Part shown: piece after piece, positions 17,675 through 26,810 of the stretch | Position numbering within the stretch: position 1 is the first letter of the stretch | How the letters are laid out: the number at the start of each line of letters is the position of its first letter | Program-made: the position numbers and the translations under genes | Notes under the pieces: model-generated | Databases searched by the model: none | What the model saw: the letters and a program-made list of their open reading frames with translations, nothing else | Told to the model about the DNA's origin: nothing | Source of the DNA: Gammaproteobacteria bacterium | GTDB taxonomy: Bacteria; Pseudomonadota; Gammaproteobacteria; S144-34 | Length of the DNA stretch: 64,000 bases | Reading direction: 5' to 3' | NCBI GenBank assembly: GCA_026989495.1 | Contig: JALSJE010000067.1 | Span: forward strand, 282 to 64,281

Positions 17675-18444
17675 GGCGCATGCGCGCAAGGTTCTCCGCG
17701 GTGTCCGCCGTGGCACCGGCCTTCCTGGCGCTCCTGCTGCTGGGGGCCTGCACGGGCCTGTCCCAGCGGGCGGTGCATGGAGAGCCGGGCGCGCCCGCGC
17801 GCTTCCTCCTCGCGCCAGCCGTCCCGGCCGAGCCGGAGCGGCCCGGCGCGGGACCCGCCCTCGAGGTCGCGCGCGTGCGGGCGGCAGCAGGCTACGGGAC
17901 CGACGCCATGCTCTACCTGCGCCGCCCGCGCCGGCTCGAGGCCTACGCGCGGGGACGCTGGATGGAGGCGCCCGCGCGCATGCTGCAGCCTGCGCTGGTG
18001 GACGCCCTGGCGGGCTCGGGCCTGTTCCCGGTCGTGGTGCCCGGGCCGGCCTCGGTGCGCGTGCCTCTGCGCCTGGAGACCACGCTGCTGGCCCTGCACC
18101 ACGACCTCACGGGGGCCGTGCCCCAGGTGCGGATCGTGCTGCGGGTGATGCTGGTGGACCGGCACGCGCGGCGCGTGCTCGCCGCCCGGCGCATCGCCGC
18201 CGCCGCCCCGGCCCCGGCCAACGGGGCGGGCGCGATGGCCGACGGCGCCGCCCGCGCCCTCGAGCGGGCGCTCGCGGCGGTGGTGGCCTTCTGCCGCGAG
18301 GTCCTGGCTCAGCCGAAGGCGGTGGCCGACGCGGCGGGCGACACTGCCGCCAGCGCCTCCAGCACCACCTCCGGGTCGGAAGGCCGGCGGCGCGCCTCCT
18401 CCGAGAGCATGCGACGCCAGCGCGCCGCCCCCGGCAGACCCTGA
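17671..18444 (+). CDS. ABC-transport auxiliary lipoprotein (DUF330/COG3218-like)
   Basis: Lipoprotein signal (LALLLLGAC) and the conserved position after the MCE gene. The low-complexity C-terminal tail overlaps the dusA 3' end by about 135 nt on the opposite strand. Confidence 0.55.
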   Translation: MRRMRARFSAVSAVAPAFLALLLLGACTGLSQRAVHGEPGAPARFLLAPAVPAEPERPGAGPALEVARVRAAAGYGTDAMLYLRRPRRLEAYARGRWMEAPARMLQPALVDALAGSGLFPVVVPGPASVRVPLRLETTLLALHHDLTGAVPQVRIVLRVMLVDRHARRVLAARRIAAAAPAPANGAGAMADGAARALERALAAVVAFCREVLAQPKAVADAAGDTAASASSTTSGSEGRRRASSESMRRQRAAPGRP

Positions 18445-19481
18445 AAGAGCCGCAGCAGCGGCTTGACCAGCCGCGGCAGGGGTGTGCCCGCGGCCACCTC
18501 GGGCCGCACGTGCCGCTCGAGGTAGCGGCGCACCACCGTGGCGCGGTCGGCGGTGGGCGCGGGCTCGCCCCAGAGCGCCGGGTCCACGCCGGCGAGCAGC
18601 CAGGGCTCGTCCCAGGCGGCCCGCCCTACCATCACCCCGTCGAGCCCCGCGGCGAGATGGCCGGCCGCGGCCTCCAGCGAGCGCACGCCGCCGTTGAGCA
18701 CGATCGTGAGCGCCGGGAAGTCCCCCTTGAGGCGGCGCACCACCTCATAGCGCAGAGGCGGCACGGTGCGGTTCTCCTCCGGGCTCAGCCCCTGGAGCCA
18801 GGCCTTGCGCGCGTGGACGACGAGCACGCGGCAGCCCGCCGCGGCCACGCGCTCGACGAAACGCGCGAGGTGGTCGTATCCGTCGAGATCGTCCACCCCG
18901 ATGCGCGTCTTCACCGTGACAGGCACCGCCCCGGCCGCCTCGTTCTTTTCCCCCAACGCCAGCGCTTCGAATTCCCCGCCCGGCCGGGCATCGGACGCTC
19001 CGGCGCTCGGCGGCGTGCGGCGCTCCCCGCGGCTGGCCGCTTCGCGGCCCCGTGTCCGCGCCGCTGCTTCGCGCATGGCGGCCACGCACTCGGCCACCAG
19101 GCCCGGCTCCTTCATGAGGCAGGCCCCGAAGCGCCCTGCGCTCACGCGCGGGCTCGGGCAGCCCACGTTGAGGTTCACCTCGTCGTAGCCTGCGGCCACC
19201 GCAGCCGCCGTGGCGGCGGCGAGCAGTCCGGGCTCCGAGCCGCCGAGCTGCGCCGCCACCGGGTGCTCGGCCGGATCGAAGGCGAGCAGGCGCGGACCGG
19301 CGGGCCCCAGCACCGCGCGCGCATGCAGCATCTCGGTGTAGAGGCGCGCGTGCCGCGTGAGCAGGCGCGCGAGGAAGCGGAAGTGACGGTCCGTGCGCTC
19401 CATCATGGGCGCGACGCAGAAGCGCCATCCCGCTTCCGGGGATGCCGGCACCAGGGGCTTCATCTGCGAGCTCAGGGCCAT
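18309..19481 (-). CDS. dusA: tRNA-dihydrouridine synthase A
   Basis: In-frame ATG at 19481 (MALSSQMKPLVPASPEAGWRFCVAPMMERTD...). Dus TIM-barrel motifs are present. A roughly 50-aa low-complexity insertion (REAAARTRGREAASRGERRTPPSAGASDARPGGEFEALALGEKNEAAG) is noted. Confidence 0.8.
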   Translation of the reverse strand: MALSSQMKPLVPASPEAGWRFCVAPMMERTDRHFRFLARLLTRHARLYTEMLHARAVLGPAGPRLLAFDPAEHPVAAQLGGSEPGLLAAATAAAVAAGYDEVNLNVGCPSPRVSAGRFGACLMKEPGLVAECVAAMREAAARTRGREAASRGERRTPPSAGASDARPGGEFEALALGEKNEAAGAVPVTVKTRIGVDDLDGYDHLARFVERVAAAGCRVLVVHARKAWLQGLSPEENRTVPPLRYEVVRRLKGDFPALTIVLNGGVRSLEAAAGHLAAGLDGVMVGRAAWDEPWLLAGVDPALWGEPAPTADRATVVRRYLERHVRPEVAAGTPLPRLVKPLLRLFQGLPGAARWRRMLSEEARRRPSDPEVVLEALAAVSPAASATAFG

Positions 19482-19730
19482 GACGGCTCCAGCGGCGTGC
19501 ACGGTGGACGGTGAACAGTGTACGGTAGCGGACCGTGCGCGGTCGCCCGGGTGCCGCCGTCCAGCGAGTTCCGCCGCCGGCTGAGCCGACCTGCCCCCTG
19601 CAGGGGCCTCGGCGATGCCATGCACCAGCACCCGCCGGGACCTCGTGCCGGCAAGCCGGGAGCGTATCGGTGGGAGGCGGCACGGAATGGGGCGCTTGGG
19701 CAGCGGCCGCGCACGGGAGAAAGAGAAGAA

Positions 19731-19892
19731 AGATCTGAAAAATTCGATTTTTCAGACCTTTCCCGCGGCCAGGGACGGCCGCGGGACGGTTCATGCACAG
19801 GGAAGTGCATGACGACAACCGAAAAATCGAAATGGACCGCGAAGCGCCATAGCGCTGATCGATCCGCGCAGCGGATTGATCAGAGTTTCCAG
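19731..19892 (+). repeat. 165-bp multi-hairpin intergenic repeat, copy A
   Basis: Carries CTGAAAAATtCGATTTTTCAG, CCGCGGCCagggacGGCCGCGG, CATGCACagggaagGTGCATG and CTGATCGATCCGCgcaGCGGATTGATCAG. Nearly identical to the copies at 26529, 27829 and (inverted) 55222. Confidence 0.8.
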
Positions 19893-19910
19893 AAAGGGGA
19901 GGCTGAAGGC

Positions 19911-21353
19911 CTACGGCCGCCGGAGCCGGCCGGCCAGGCTGACGAGGACGGCGGCGGCCAACGCCGCGAAGAAGCCGGGCGCCAGCTCGTAGAGGTCGAA
20001 CCAGCCACCCTCGAGCCGCTTCCATACGATCACAGTGAGGCCGCCCGCGAGCATGCCGGCGAGCGTCCCCGCGCGGCTCAGGCGCGGCCACCACACCGCG
20101 AGCAGGAGCACGGGCCCGAAGGTGGCCCCGAAGCCCGCCCAGGCGTAGGCGACCATGTCGAGCACGCGGCTTGCCGGATCCTGCGCGAGCGCCGCCGCCA
20201 CCACCGCCACGGCCGCCACGGTCGCGCGCCCCATCCACACGAGCTCGCGCGCGCCCGCGCACGGGCGCAGGAAGGCGCGGTAGAAGTCCTCGGTGAGCGC
20301 CGAGGCCGCGACCAGGAGCTGCGAGTCGGCGGTGCTCATGATGGCGGCGAGCACCGCCGCGAGCAGCGCCCCGGCGACGAAGGGATGAAAGACCACCTGC
20401 ACCAGCCGGAGGAAGACCTTCTCCGTGTCGGCGCCTGCGAGCGGCGGCTCGAGGTGGCCGATGCCCGCGAGCCCCACCAGCACCGCGCCGGCGAGGGTGA
20501 GGGTGACCCAGCCCATGGCGATGCGCCGTGCGGGCACGAGCTCCGCCGCCTCGCGCACGGCCATGAAGCGCGCGAGGATGTGCGGCTGGCCGAAGTAGCC
20601 CAGACCCCAGGCCAGCAGCGACAGCAGGGCCACCATCCCCAGGGGCTCGCCGCCGGCCCGGGTCCAGGGATCGAGCAGCGCCGCATCACGCGCCGCCACC
20701 GCCGCCATGGCCGCATCCCATCCGCCCTGGGCCTGCACGGCCGCGAGCGGCGCGGCGATCAGGGCCACGAGCATGAGCAGCCCCTGCACCACGTCCGTCC
20801 ATGACACCGCGAAGAAGCCCCCGAGCAGCGTGTAGGCCACGATCACCGCGCCGCCGGCGAGCACGGCCGCCGTATAGGACAGCCCGAAGACGCTCTCGAA
20901 GAGCTTCCCGCCCGCGGCCAGCCCCGAGGCCGTGTAAAGGGTGAAGAAAAGCAGGATGAAGCCCGCCGCGACCACCCGCAGCAGCGGGTCGCCGCCGAAG
21001 CGCGCCGCGAGGAACTCGGGCAGGGTGAGGGCATCGCCGGCCGCGGCCGTGGCCTCGCGCAGCCGCGCGGCGAGCAGACGCCAGTTGAGCCAGGTGCCCG
21101 CGAGCAGCCCGAGCGCGATCCAGGCCGCCTCCAGCCCCGCGGCGTAGGCGTAGCCAGGCAGGCCCAGCAGCAGCCAGCCGCTCATGTCCGAGGCCTCGGC
21201 CGAGAGCGCCGTCACCCAGCGCCCCAGGCGCCGCCCGCCCAGCAGGTAGTCCGCAAGATCGCGCGTGCGCCGCCAGGCCCACAGCCCGATGGCGAGCATC
21301 CCGGCGAGATAGAGCACGAAGGCGGCGACGACGGCAGGGTCGCTGGCGCGCAC
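19911..21353 (-). CDS. putP: sodium/proline symporter PutP (SSS family)
   Basis: Strong match to PutP, e.g. YLLGGRRLGRWVTALSAEASDMSGWLLLGLPG. The proposed start is the GTG at 21353, chosen by alignment to the PutP N-terminus; the track ORF extends to 21422. Start is uncertain. Confidence 0.75.
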   Translation of the reverse strand: MRASDPAVVAAFVLYLAGMLAIGLWAWRRTRDLADYLLGGRRLGRWVTALSAEASDMSGWLLLGLPGYAYAAGLEAAWIALGLLAGTWLNWRLLAARLREATAAAGDALTLPEFLAARFGGDPLLRVVAAGFILLFFTLYTASGLAAGGKLFESVFGLSYTAAVLAGGAVIVAYTLLGGFFAVSWTDVVQGLLMLVALIAAPLAAVQAQGGWDAAMAAVAARDAALLDPWTRAGGEPLGMVALLSLLAWGLGYFGQPHILARFMAVREAAELVPARRIAMGWVTLTLAGAVLVGLAGIGHLEPPLAGADTEKVFLRLVQVVFHPFVAGALLAAVLAAIMSTADSQLLVAASALTEDFYRAFLRPCAGARELVWMGRATVAAVAVVAAALAQDPASRVLDMVAYAWAGFGATFGPVLLLAVWWPRLSRAGTLAGMLAGGLTVIVWKRLEGGWFDLYELAPGFFAALAAAVLVSLAGRLRRP

Positions 21354-21430
21354 GCGGCTCCTCCGGCGCTGGAAAACCGCGCCGAAGTCTGCCAGATTGC
21401 GCCCGTCCCGGGCCACCGGCATATCCGAAC

Positions 21431-22432
21431 GTGGAGATACGCGCCTTCCGCATCGAGGAAACCCCGGAGGGGCCGCGCGGGCGGCTCGTCACCCTGCCCG
21501 CCGCGCGGCTCACACCGGGCGCGGTGCAGGTGCGCGTGCTCTGGTCGAGCGTCAACTACAAGGACGCGCTCGCGGGCACCGGTCGCGCGCCCATCCTGCG
21601 CCGCTACCCGCTCAACGGGGGCATCGACGCCGCCGGCGTCGTGGCCGCCTCCGAGGACCCGCGCTTCCGCCCGGGCGACCGCGTCGTCGTCACCGGCTGC
21701 GGCCTGAGCGAGACCCGCGACGGCGGCTTCGCCGAGCGGATCAACGTGCCCCCGGAATGCGTGGTGCCCCTGCCCGAAGGGCTCACGCTGCGCGAGGCCA
21801 TGGCCATCGGCACGGCCGGCTTCACGGTGGCGCTCGCCCTCCAGCGCCTGGAGGCCGTGGGCCTCACCCCGGCCCACGGCCCCTTCGTGGTCACCGGCGC
21901 CACCGGGGGCGTGGGCATGCTCGCCGTGGACATCCTCGCGGGCGCCGGCTTCGAGGTGGTCGCGGTCACCGGCAAGCCCGAGCGCGCCGAGGCGCTGCGG
22001 GCCCTCGGCGCCGCCGAGGTGCTGGACCGCCGTACGCTCGACCTCGGCACCCGGCCGCTGGAGCAGGCGCGCTGGGGCGGCGCCCTGGACAACGTGGGCG
22101 GGGAGCTCCTGGGCTGGCTCTCGCGCACCGTGCGCCCCTGGGGCGCCATCGCGTCCGTCGGGCTCGCCGGCGGAATGGAGCTCCGCACCACCGTCATGCC
22201 CTTCATCCTGCGCGGCATCAGCCTCGTGGGGGTGAGCTCGGCCAACTGCCCCGCCGAATGGCGCGCGCGGCTGTGGGCGCGGCTCGCCGGCCCCCTGCGC
22301 CCCCGCCACCTGGACCGCATCGTCACGGGCGCCGTGACGCTCGAGGGGCTGCCCGAGGTGTTCGAGGCCATGCTTGCCGGCCGCCACGTGGGCCGCACCC
22401 TCGTGCGCGTGGCCCCCGGCGACGAGGATTGA
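21431..22432 (+). CDS. acuI: acrylyl-CoA reductase AcuI/YhdH-like zinc-independent MDR oxidoreductase
   Basis: 333 aa with YhdH-family motifs (VRVLWSSVNYKDALA; GATGGVGMLAVDIL). Confidence 0.7.
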   Translation: MEIRAFRIEETPEGPRGRLVTLPAARLTPGAVQVRVLWSSVNYKDALAGTGRAPILRRYPLNGGIDAAGVVAASEDPRFRPGDRVVVTGCGLSETRDGGFAERINVPPECVVPLPEGLTLREAMAIGTAGFTVALALQRLEAVGLTPAHGPFVVTGATGGVGMLAVDILAGAGFEVVAVTGKPERAEALRALGAAEVLDRRTLDLGTRPLEQARWGGALDNVGGELLGWLSRTVRPWGAIASVGLAGGMELRTTVMPFILRGISLVGVSSANCPAEWRARLWARLAGPLRPRHLDRIVTGAVTLEGLPEVFEAMLAGRHVGRTLVRVAPGDED

Positions 22433-22567
22433 GCCTGCCCTACTACACAAGCCGGTCCGGGTCTGCGACAATAACCGAGCGGAACACTTGGTTATGCCCC
22501 ACGCCACGCGGGGTTTGCGCTATCGTGTTGCGCCCCCTGCAGGCCGACCGGAGGAGCCCGATCCAGC

Positions 22568-23710
22568 ATGTCCAGTGCGGTCCGCATCCCGGAGCTGCCC
22601 GAGCTGCCCTCGCCCGCTACCCGCCGGGTGACGCTGCCCGGGCCCTTCCGGATGCGTCGCGGTGGCGTGCTGCCGCTGGTGCACATCGCCTACGAGGCCT
22701 GGGGCCGGCTCGCCCCCGGGCGCGACAACAACGTGGTGCTGGTCTTCACCGGGCTCTCGCCCAGCGCGCACGCGGCCTCCTCGCCCGAGGACCCCTCCCC
22801 GGGCTGGTGGGAGTACATGATCGGCCCCGGGCGTCCCATCGACACCCGGCGCTGGCACGTGGTCTGCGTCAACTCCCTCGGGAGCTGCTTCGGCTCCACC
22901 GGTCCCGCCTCGCCCGACCCGCGCACGGGCGAGCCCTACCGGCTGCGCTTCCCCGAGCTCAGCGTGGAGGACATCGCCGCAGCCGCGCGCGAGGCGCTGC
23001 GCGCCCTGGGCATCACGCGGGTTCACACCGTGATCGGCGCCTCTCTCGGCGGCATGGCCGCGCTCGCCTATGCGATGAGCTTCCCCGAGGAGGTCGAGCA
23101 GCTCGTCACCATCTCCGCGGCAGCGCGCGCCACACCCTTCGCCATCGCCATCCGCTCGCTCCAGCGTGAGATCATCCGCTCCGACCCCGCCTGGCAGGGC
23201 GGCAACTACCCCTTGGGCGCAGGCCCGCGCGAGGGGATGCGGCTCGCGCGCAAGCTCGGCCTCATGTCCTACCGCTCCGCCGAGGAGTGGCTGCACCGTT
23301 TCGGCCGCGAGCGCATCCCGCCCGAGCGGCGCGCGCCTGGCACATTCTCCCCGGAGTTCCAGGTGGAGGCCTACCTGGAGCACAACGCGCTCAAGTTCGT
23401 CGAGCGCTTCGACGCCAACTGCTACCTCTACCTCTCGCGCTCCATGGATCTCTTCGACGTGGCCGAGCACGGCTCCGGCTCCGTGGACGCCGGGCTCGCG
23501 CGGGTGGCCGCCCGCCGCGCGCTCGTGATCGGCGTCACCACCGACTTCCTGTTCCCGCTCTTCCAGCAGGAGGAGCTGGCCGAGGGCCTGCGCGCAGCCG
23601 GCTGCGAGGTGCGCTTCGAGGCCCTGCGCAGCATCCAGGGCCACGACGCCTTCCTGGTGGACGAGGCCCGCTTCGCGCCCGTGGTGGCCGCGTTCATGGC
23701 CGCGCCATGA
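22568..23710 (+). CDS. metX: homoserine O-acetyltransferase (MetX; possibly succinyl-specific MetXS)
   Basis: 380 aa alpha/beta hydrolase. Nucleophile motif GASLGGMAA and the conserved MetX N-terminus (VLPLVHIAYEAWG). Confidence 0.85.
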   Translation: MSSAVRIPELPELPSPATRRVTLPGPFRMRRGGVLPLVHIAYEAWGRLAPGRDNNVVLVFTGLSPSAHAASSPEDPSPGWWEYMIGPGRPIDTRRWHVVCVNSLGSCFGSTGPASPDPRTGEPYRLRFPELSVEDIAAAAREALRALGITRVHTVIGASLGGMAALAYAMSFPEEVEQLVTISAAARATPFAIAIRSLQREIIRSDPAWQGGNYPLGAGPREGMRLARKLGLMSYRSAEEWLHRFGRERIPPERRAPGTFSPEFQVEAYLEHNALKFVERFDANCYLYLSRSMDLFDVAEHGSGSVDAGLARVAARRALVIGVTTDFLFPLFQQEELAEGLRAAGCEVRFEALRSIQGHDAFLVDEARFAPVVAAFMAAP

Positions 23711-24027
23711 ACGACGAGCGCCGCGCGCCCCCCACCTATCCCGGCCTGGAAGCCGACGAGCGCGACGGCCTCACCGAGCTCGGCCGTATCATCCGCGACG
23801 CCTGGGTCTTCGGCATCCTCCCCGAGGGCGAGACCTGCGCCGGCTGGCCGCTACGTCGCCTGCGCGACGTCGCCGAGCAGGTGGCCCGGGCCTGGGAGCG
23901 CCACGGGCTCATCCCGAGCGCATTGCCGCCCGAGCTGCGCGAGCGCCACGCCCGCATCCACGGCGAGGCCTTCGCCCGCGCCAAGGCCGCGGGCTGGGAG
24001 CCCTCCCTCGACGACGAGGAGGTGTGA
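23707..24027 (+). CDS. hypothetical protein translationally coupled to metX (not MetW)
   Basis: 106 aa (MNDERRAPPTYPGLEADERDGLTELGRIIRDAW...), start overlapping the metX stop (ATGA). No methyltransferase motifs. Confidence 0.4.
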   Translation: MNDERRAPPTYPGLEADERDGLTELGRIIRDAWVFGILPEGETCAGWPLRRLRDVAEQVARAWERHGLIPSALPPELRERHARIHGEAFARAKAAGWEPSLDDEEV

Positions 24028-24029
24028 GC

Positions 24030-24257
24030 ATGCGTCACGCCCTTCTGGTCCCCACCCTCGCCGCCCTGGCCCTGCTGCTCGCCTCCTGTGGCGGCGGCGC
24101 GGACGAGGTGGCGGTGGAGCAGCCGCAGAAGAGGGAACGGCGCGAGACCGCCTTCGACGGCCAGCTGCGCGCCCTCGACAAGGCCCGGGACGTGGAGCGC
24201 CGGCTCATGGAGGCCGACGAGGCCCGCCGCCGCGCCCTCGACGAGCAGTCCCGCTAG
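24030..24257 (+). CDS. small lipoprotein
   Basis: 76 aa. Lipobox LLASC, then a charged coiled tail. Confidence 0.4.
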   Translation: MRHALLVPTLAALALLLASCGGGADEVAVEQPQKRERRETAFDGQLRALDKARDVERRLMEADEARRRALDEQSR

Positions 24258-24328
24258 AGCCCCGGACACGCCCGCCCCGTGGGCGATCTCGGCTACAATG
24301 GGATGAGCGGCATTTCGCGGGAAATGGC

Positions 24329-24601
24329 ATGGACACCCACAGCTACATGGTGCGGGTCGACGGGCGCGGCCGGGTCGTGCTGCCGGCAGCGCTGCGTGAG
24401 CGGCTCGGGCTCCACCGCGGCGACACCCTGGTGCTGAGCGTCGAGACGGACGGCACCGTCCGGCTGCTGAACCCGGCGGAAGCCGCCCGTGCCGGCCGGG
24501 GGCTGCTGCGCAGGCTCGCCCCCGCCGCCCGCCGGCGCTCCCTGGCGAAGGAGCTCATCGCCGAGCGGCGGGCGGAGGCGCGCCGTGAGCGCCGTCCTTG
24601 A
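24329..24601 (+). CDS. vapB: AbrB/MazE/SpoVT-family antitoxin (VapB-like)
   Basis: 90 aa. The N-terminal swapped-hairpin motif VRVDGRGRVVLPAALRERLGLHRGDTLVLSV; overlaps the downstream PIN gene. Confidence 0.65.
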   Translation: MDTHSYMVRVDGRGRVVLPAALRERLGLHRGDTLVLSVETDGTVRLLNPAEAARAGRGLLRRLAPAARRRSLAKELIAERRAEARRERRP

Positions 24602-24983
24602 CGCCTCGGCGCCGCTCGCCTACCTGAACGACGAGCCGGGAGCGCGCCGCGTGGAGGCCGTCCTCGCCGAAGGTGCCGTCATCGGTGCCGCCAACTGGGC
24701 GGAGGTGCTGTCCAGGGTCTCGGACGCCGGTATCGCCCCTCCCCGGCTGGTCGCCGAGCTCACGGAAGCCGGTCTGGTCGGCACGGCGCTCCGGATCGAG
24801 CCCTTGCTGCCGGTCGACGGCGAGCGGATCGTCGGGCTGCGTCCCGTCACCCGCCGGCAAGGGCTCTCGCTCGGCGACCGCGCCTGCCTGGCGTTGGCGC
24901 TACGGCTGCAGGCGCCGGTGCTCACCACGGATCGCACGTGGGGTCGCCTGCGGCTGCCTCTCGAGATCGTGACCCTTCGCTGA
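24585..24983 (+). CDS. vapC: PIN-domain toxin VapC
   Basis: GTG start at 24585 (VSAVLDASAPLAYLNDE...) with acidic PIN residues (D6, E, D...TTD). Forms an overlapping TA pair. Confidence 0.65.
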   Translation: MSAVLDASAPLAYLNDEPGARRVEAVLAEGAVIGAANWAEVLSRVSDAGIAPPRLVAELTEAGLVGTALRIEPLLPVDGERIVGLRPVTRRQGLSLGDRACLALALRLQAPVLTTDRTWGRLRLPLEIVTLR

Positions 24984-25002
24984 GGCGTTCCGGCCTTTCC
25001 GG

Positions 25003-25395
25003 TCATTCGTCGCCGCTGCCGCCTTGCGGGGAATCGTCGCAGGGGCGCAGGCGGTCGAGGATGAGCCCGTGGAAGGCCGCCGCCCCGTTGTAGCGCCAGC
25101 CCAGGTGCTCGCCGCAGGCCCGGCACACCGCCACCTGCCAGCGGCAGCCGGGGAACCAGGTCCACTCCAGGGCAGGGAGACCGAGGGCAGCGCACCCTGG
25201 TGCCTGCGCGAAGCAGCCGATGACGAACACGACGCCCGCCGGGTTCATGAAGCTGTGCACATGGGTGCCCTCGCAGGCGATGGCCGCGTCCTCGTCCGTG
25301 ACGTGCGCGCCGCAGGCCGCGCAGCAGAGTCGCCGCCCCTGCCCGGCCGCCGCCTCCCCGGCCCCGGCGAGCGGCGCCTCCTCCGTGACCGCCAC
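25003..25395 (-). CDS. Yippee/CULT-like zinc-binding domain protein
   Basis: 130 aa. Two CxxC pairs with Yippee-type spacing: CAACGAHVTDEDAAI ... FMNPAGVVFVI ... CRACGEHLGWRY, compared with Yippee CxxC...CxxCxxxLGWKYE. Confidence 0.45.
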   Translation of the reverse strand: MAVTEEAPLAGAGEAAAGQGRRLCCAACGAHVTDEDAAIACEGTHVHSFMNPAGVVFVIGCFAQAPGCAALGLPALEWTWFPGCRWQVAVCRACGEHLGWRYNGAAAFHGLILDRLRPCDDSPQGGSGDE

Positions 25396-25398
25396 CGC

Positions 25399-26523
25399 TC
25401 AGCCCCCCGCGAGCCAGCGGCCCACGGCCGTGCCCAGGAAGGTGCCGCCGGCGTAGCCCAGCGTCCCGCAGAGCACCGCGGGTGTCACCAGGCCCCGCCA
25501 GCCGGCCGCACTCGCCATCGCCGCCGCCGTGGTGGGCCCGCCCGCGTTGGCGTTGGAGGCCACCACCACCTCGCGCAGGTCCAGCCGCAGCAGCCGGCCC
25601 GCGAGCAGGATCACGGCCAGGTGCACCGCGAGCACCGTGCCGGCGAAGGCGAGCAGCGCAGGACCCGCCCGCAGCACCGTGCCCACGTGGGCGCTCGCGC
25701 CGATGGCGGCGAAGAAGACCTGCATCAGCAGCACGCCGATGCGCTCCGCATCCGCCAGCCGCCGCGCCGCGTCCGGCGCGAGCGTGGCGAAGGCGACCGC
25801 CAGCGCCGTCAGCCACAGCACGGCGCTCCCCCGCAGTCCCGTGAGGGCCTCGAGCGCATAGCCCGCCGCGCACGCGGCGGCCGCGAGCGCGAGCGCCGCC
25901 GCGGCCGGCAGCGGCCCGGGGAGGGCCGCCTCCGCGCCCCTCATCCCGCCGTCGCCCTCGACGCCCGGCCGGTCCGGGTAGCGCCGCCGCAGGGCGCGCA
26001 CCCCGGGCAGGGCGAACAGCACCACGAACAGCACCGTCATGAGCAGGTTGTCCGCCGCCATGCCGGCGGCGAGCAGGCCCGCATCATGCAGGCCCAGCGC
26101 CTCGGCGGTGGCCACATAGTTCATGGAGCCGCCCGTGTAGGTGGCGGTGAAGACGCCCGCGAGCCGCGCCGCCTCAGGGACGGGCACCAGCGCATGGGCG
26201 GCGAGCGCCCCCAGCACCGTGCCCGCGGCGCCGGCCACGTAGGCCGCGAGCAGCGGGCCCGCCTCGCGCACGATGCGCCGCAGGTCCGCGCGCAGGAGCA
26301 GCAGCGGGATGGCGAGCGGAACCAGCCACTGCCACACGCGGTCGTAGATCGGTGAGGCGGCGGGGATCAGCCCCAGGTTGGAGAGGGCGAAGGTCGCAGC
26401 GATGGCCACCACCGGGGCGGACAGGCGCGCGCCCCAACGTGTGCCCTCGGCCCATAGCCCGAAGGCCCCGGCGCCCAGGAGCACCGCCCACAGGCCCCAT
26501 TCGGATGCGATTCCTGCGCTCAT
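25399..26523 (-). CDS. DUF819-family integral membrane protein (putative transporter)
   Basis: Start MSAGIASEWGLWAVLLGAG at 26523. The track ORF extends into repeat copy B, and the extension was rejected. Polytopic membrane protein. Confidence 0.6.
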   Translation of the reverse strand: MSAGIASEWGLWAVLLGAGAFGLWAEGTRWGARLSAPVVAIAATFALSNLGLIPAASPIYDRVWQWLVPLAIPLLLLRADLRRIVREAGPLLAAYVAGAAGTVLGALAAHALVPVPEAARLAGVFTATYTGGSMNYVATAEALGLHDAGLLAAGMAADNLLMTVLFVVLFALPGVRALRRRYPDRPGVEGDGGMRGAEAALPGPLPAAAALALAAAACAAGYALEALTGLRGSAVLWLTALAVAFATLAPDAARRLADAERIGVLLMQVFFAAIGASAHVGTVLRAGPALLAFAGTVLAVHLAVILLAGRLLRLDLREVVVASNANAGGPTTAAAMASAAGWRGLVTPAVLCGTLGYAGGTFLGTAVGRWLAGG

Positions 26524-26528
26524 ACAGA

Positions 26529-26694
26529 TGGACGGTCTGAAAAATCCCGATTTTTCAGACCGTCCCCGCGGCCAGGGACGGCCGCGGGACGGCCCATGCA
26601 CAGGGAAGTGCATGACAACTTGGAGAAAAATCGAATGGACCGCGAAGCACTATCGCGCTGATCGATCCGCGCAGCGGATTGATCAGAGATTCCA
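26529..26694 (+). repeat. 165-bp multi-hairpin intergenic repeat, copy B
   Basis: Begins with a perfect 17-bp-stem hairpin, GGACGGTCTGAAAAATCccGATTTTTCAGACCGTCC, followed by the CCGCGGCC, CATGCAC and GATCGATC hairpins. Confidence 0.8.
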
Positions 26695-26810
26695 GATGCT
26701 TGCGGTGTGTGTTTCATGTGAGGGCGGAGCTTGCCTGCAAGCCGCGCATCTGGCAAGGTTCCGCCTTCGCTACCAGGCGGCCCACGAGAAGGAAAAGGCA
26801 GGAGGCCGGC

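Noticed and set aside
22440-22567. SAM riboswitch upstream of metX
   Set aside because: No recognisable SAM-I/II/SAH core or pseudoknot elements. Only a simple inverted repeat is present, reported under findings as a low-interest item.
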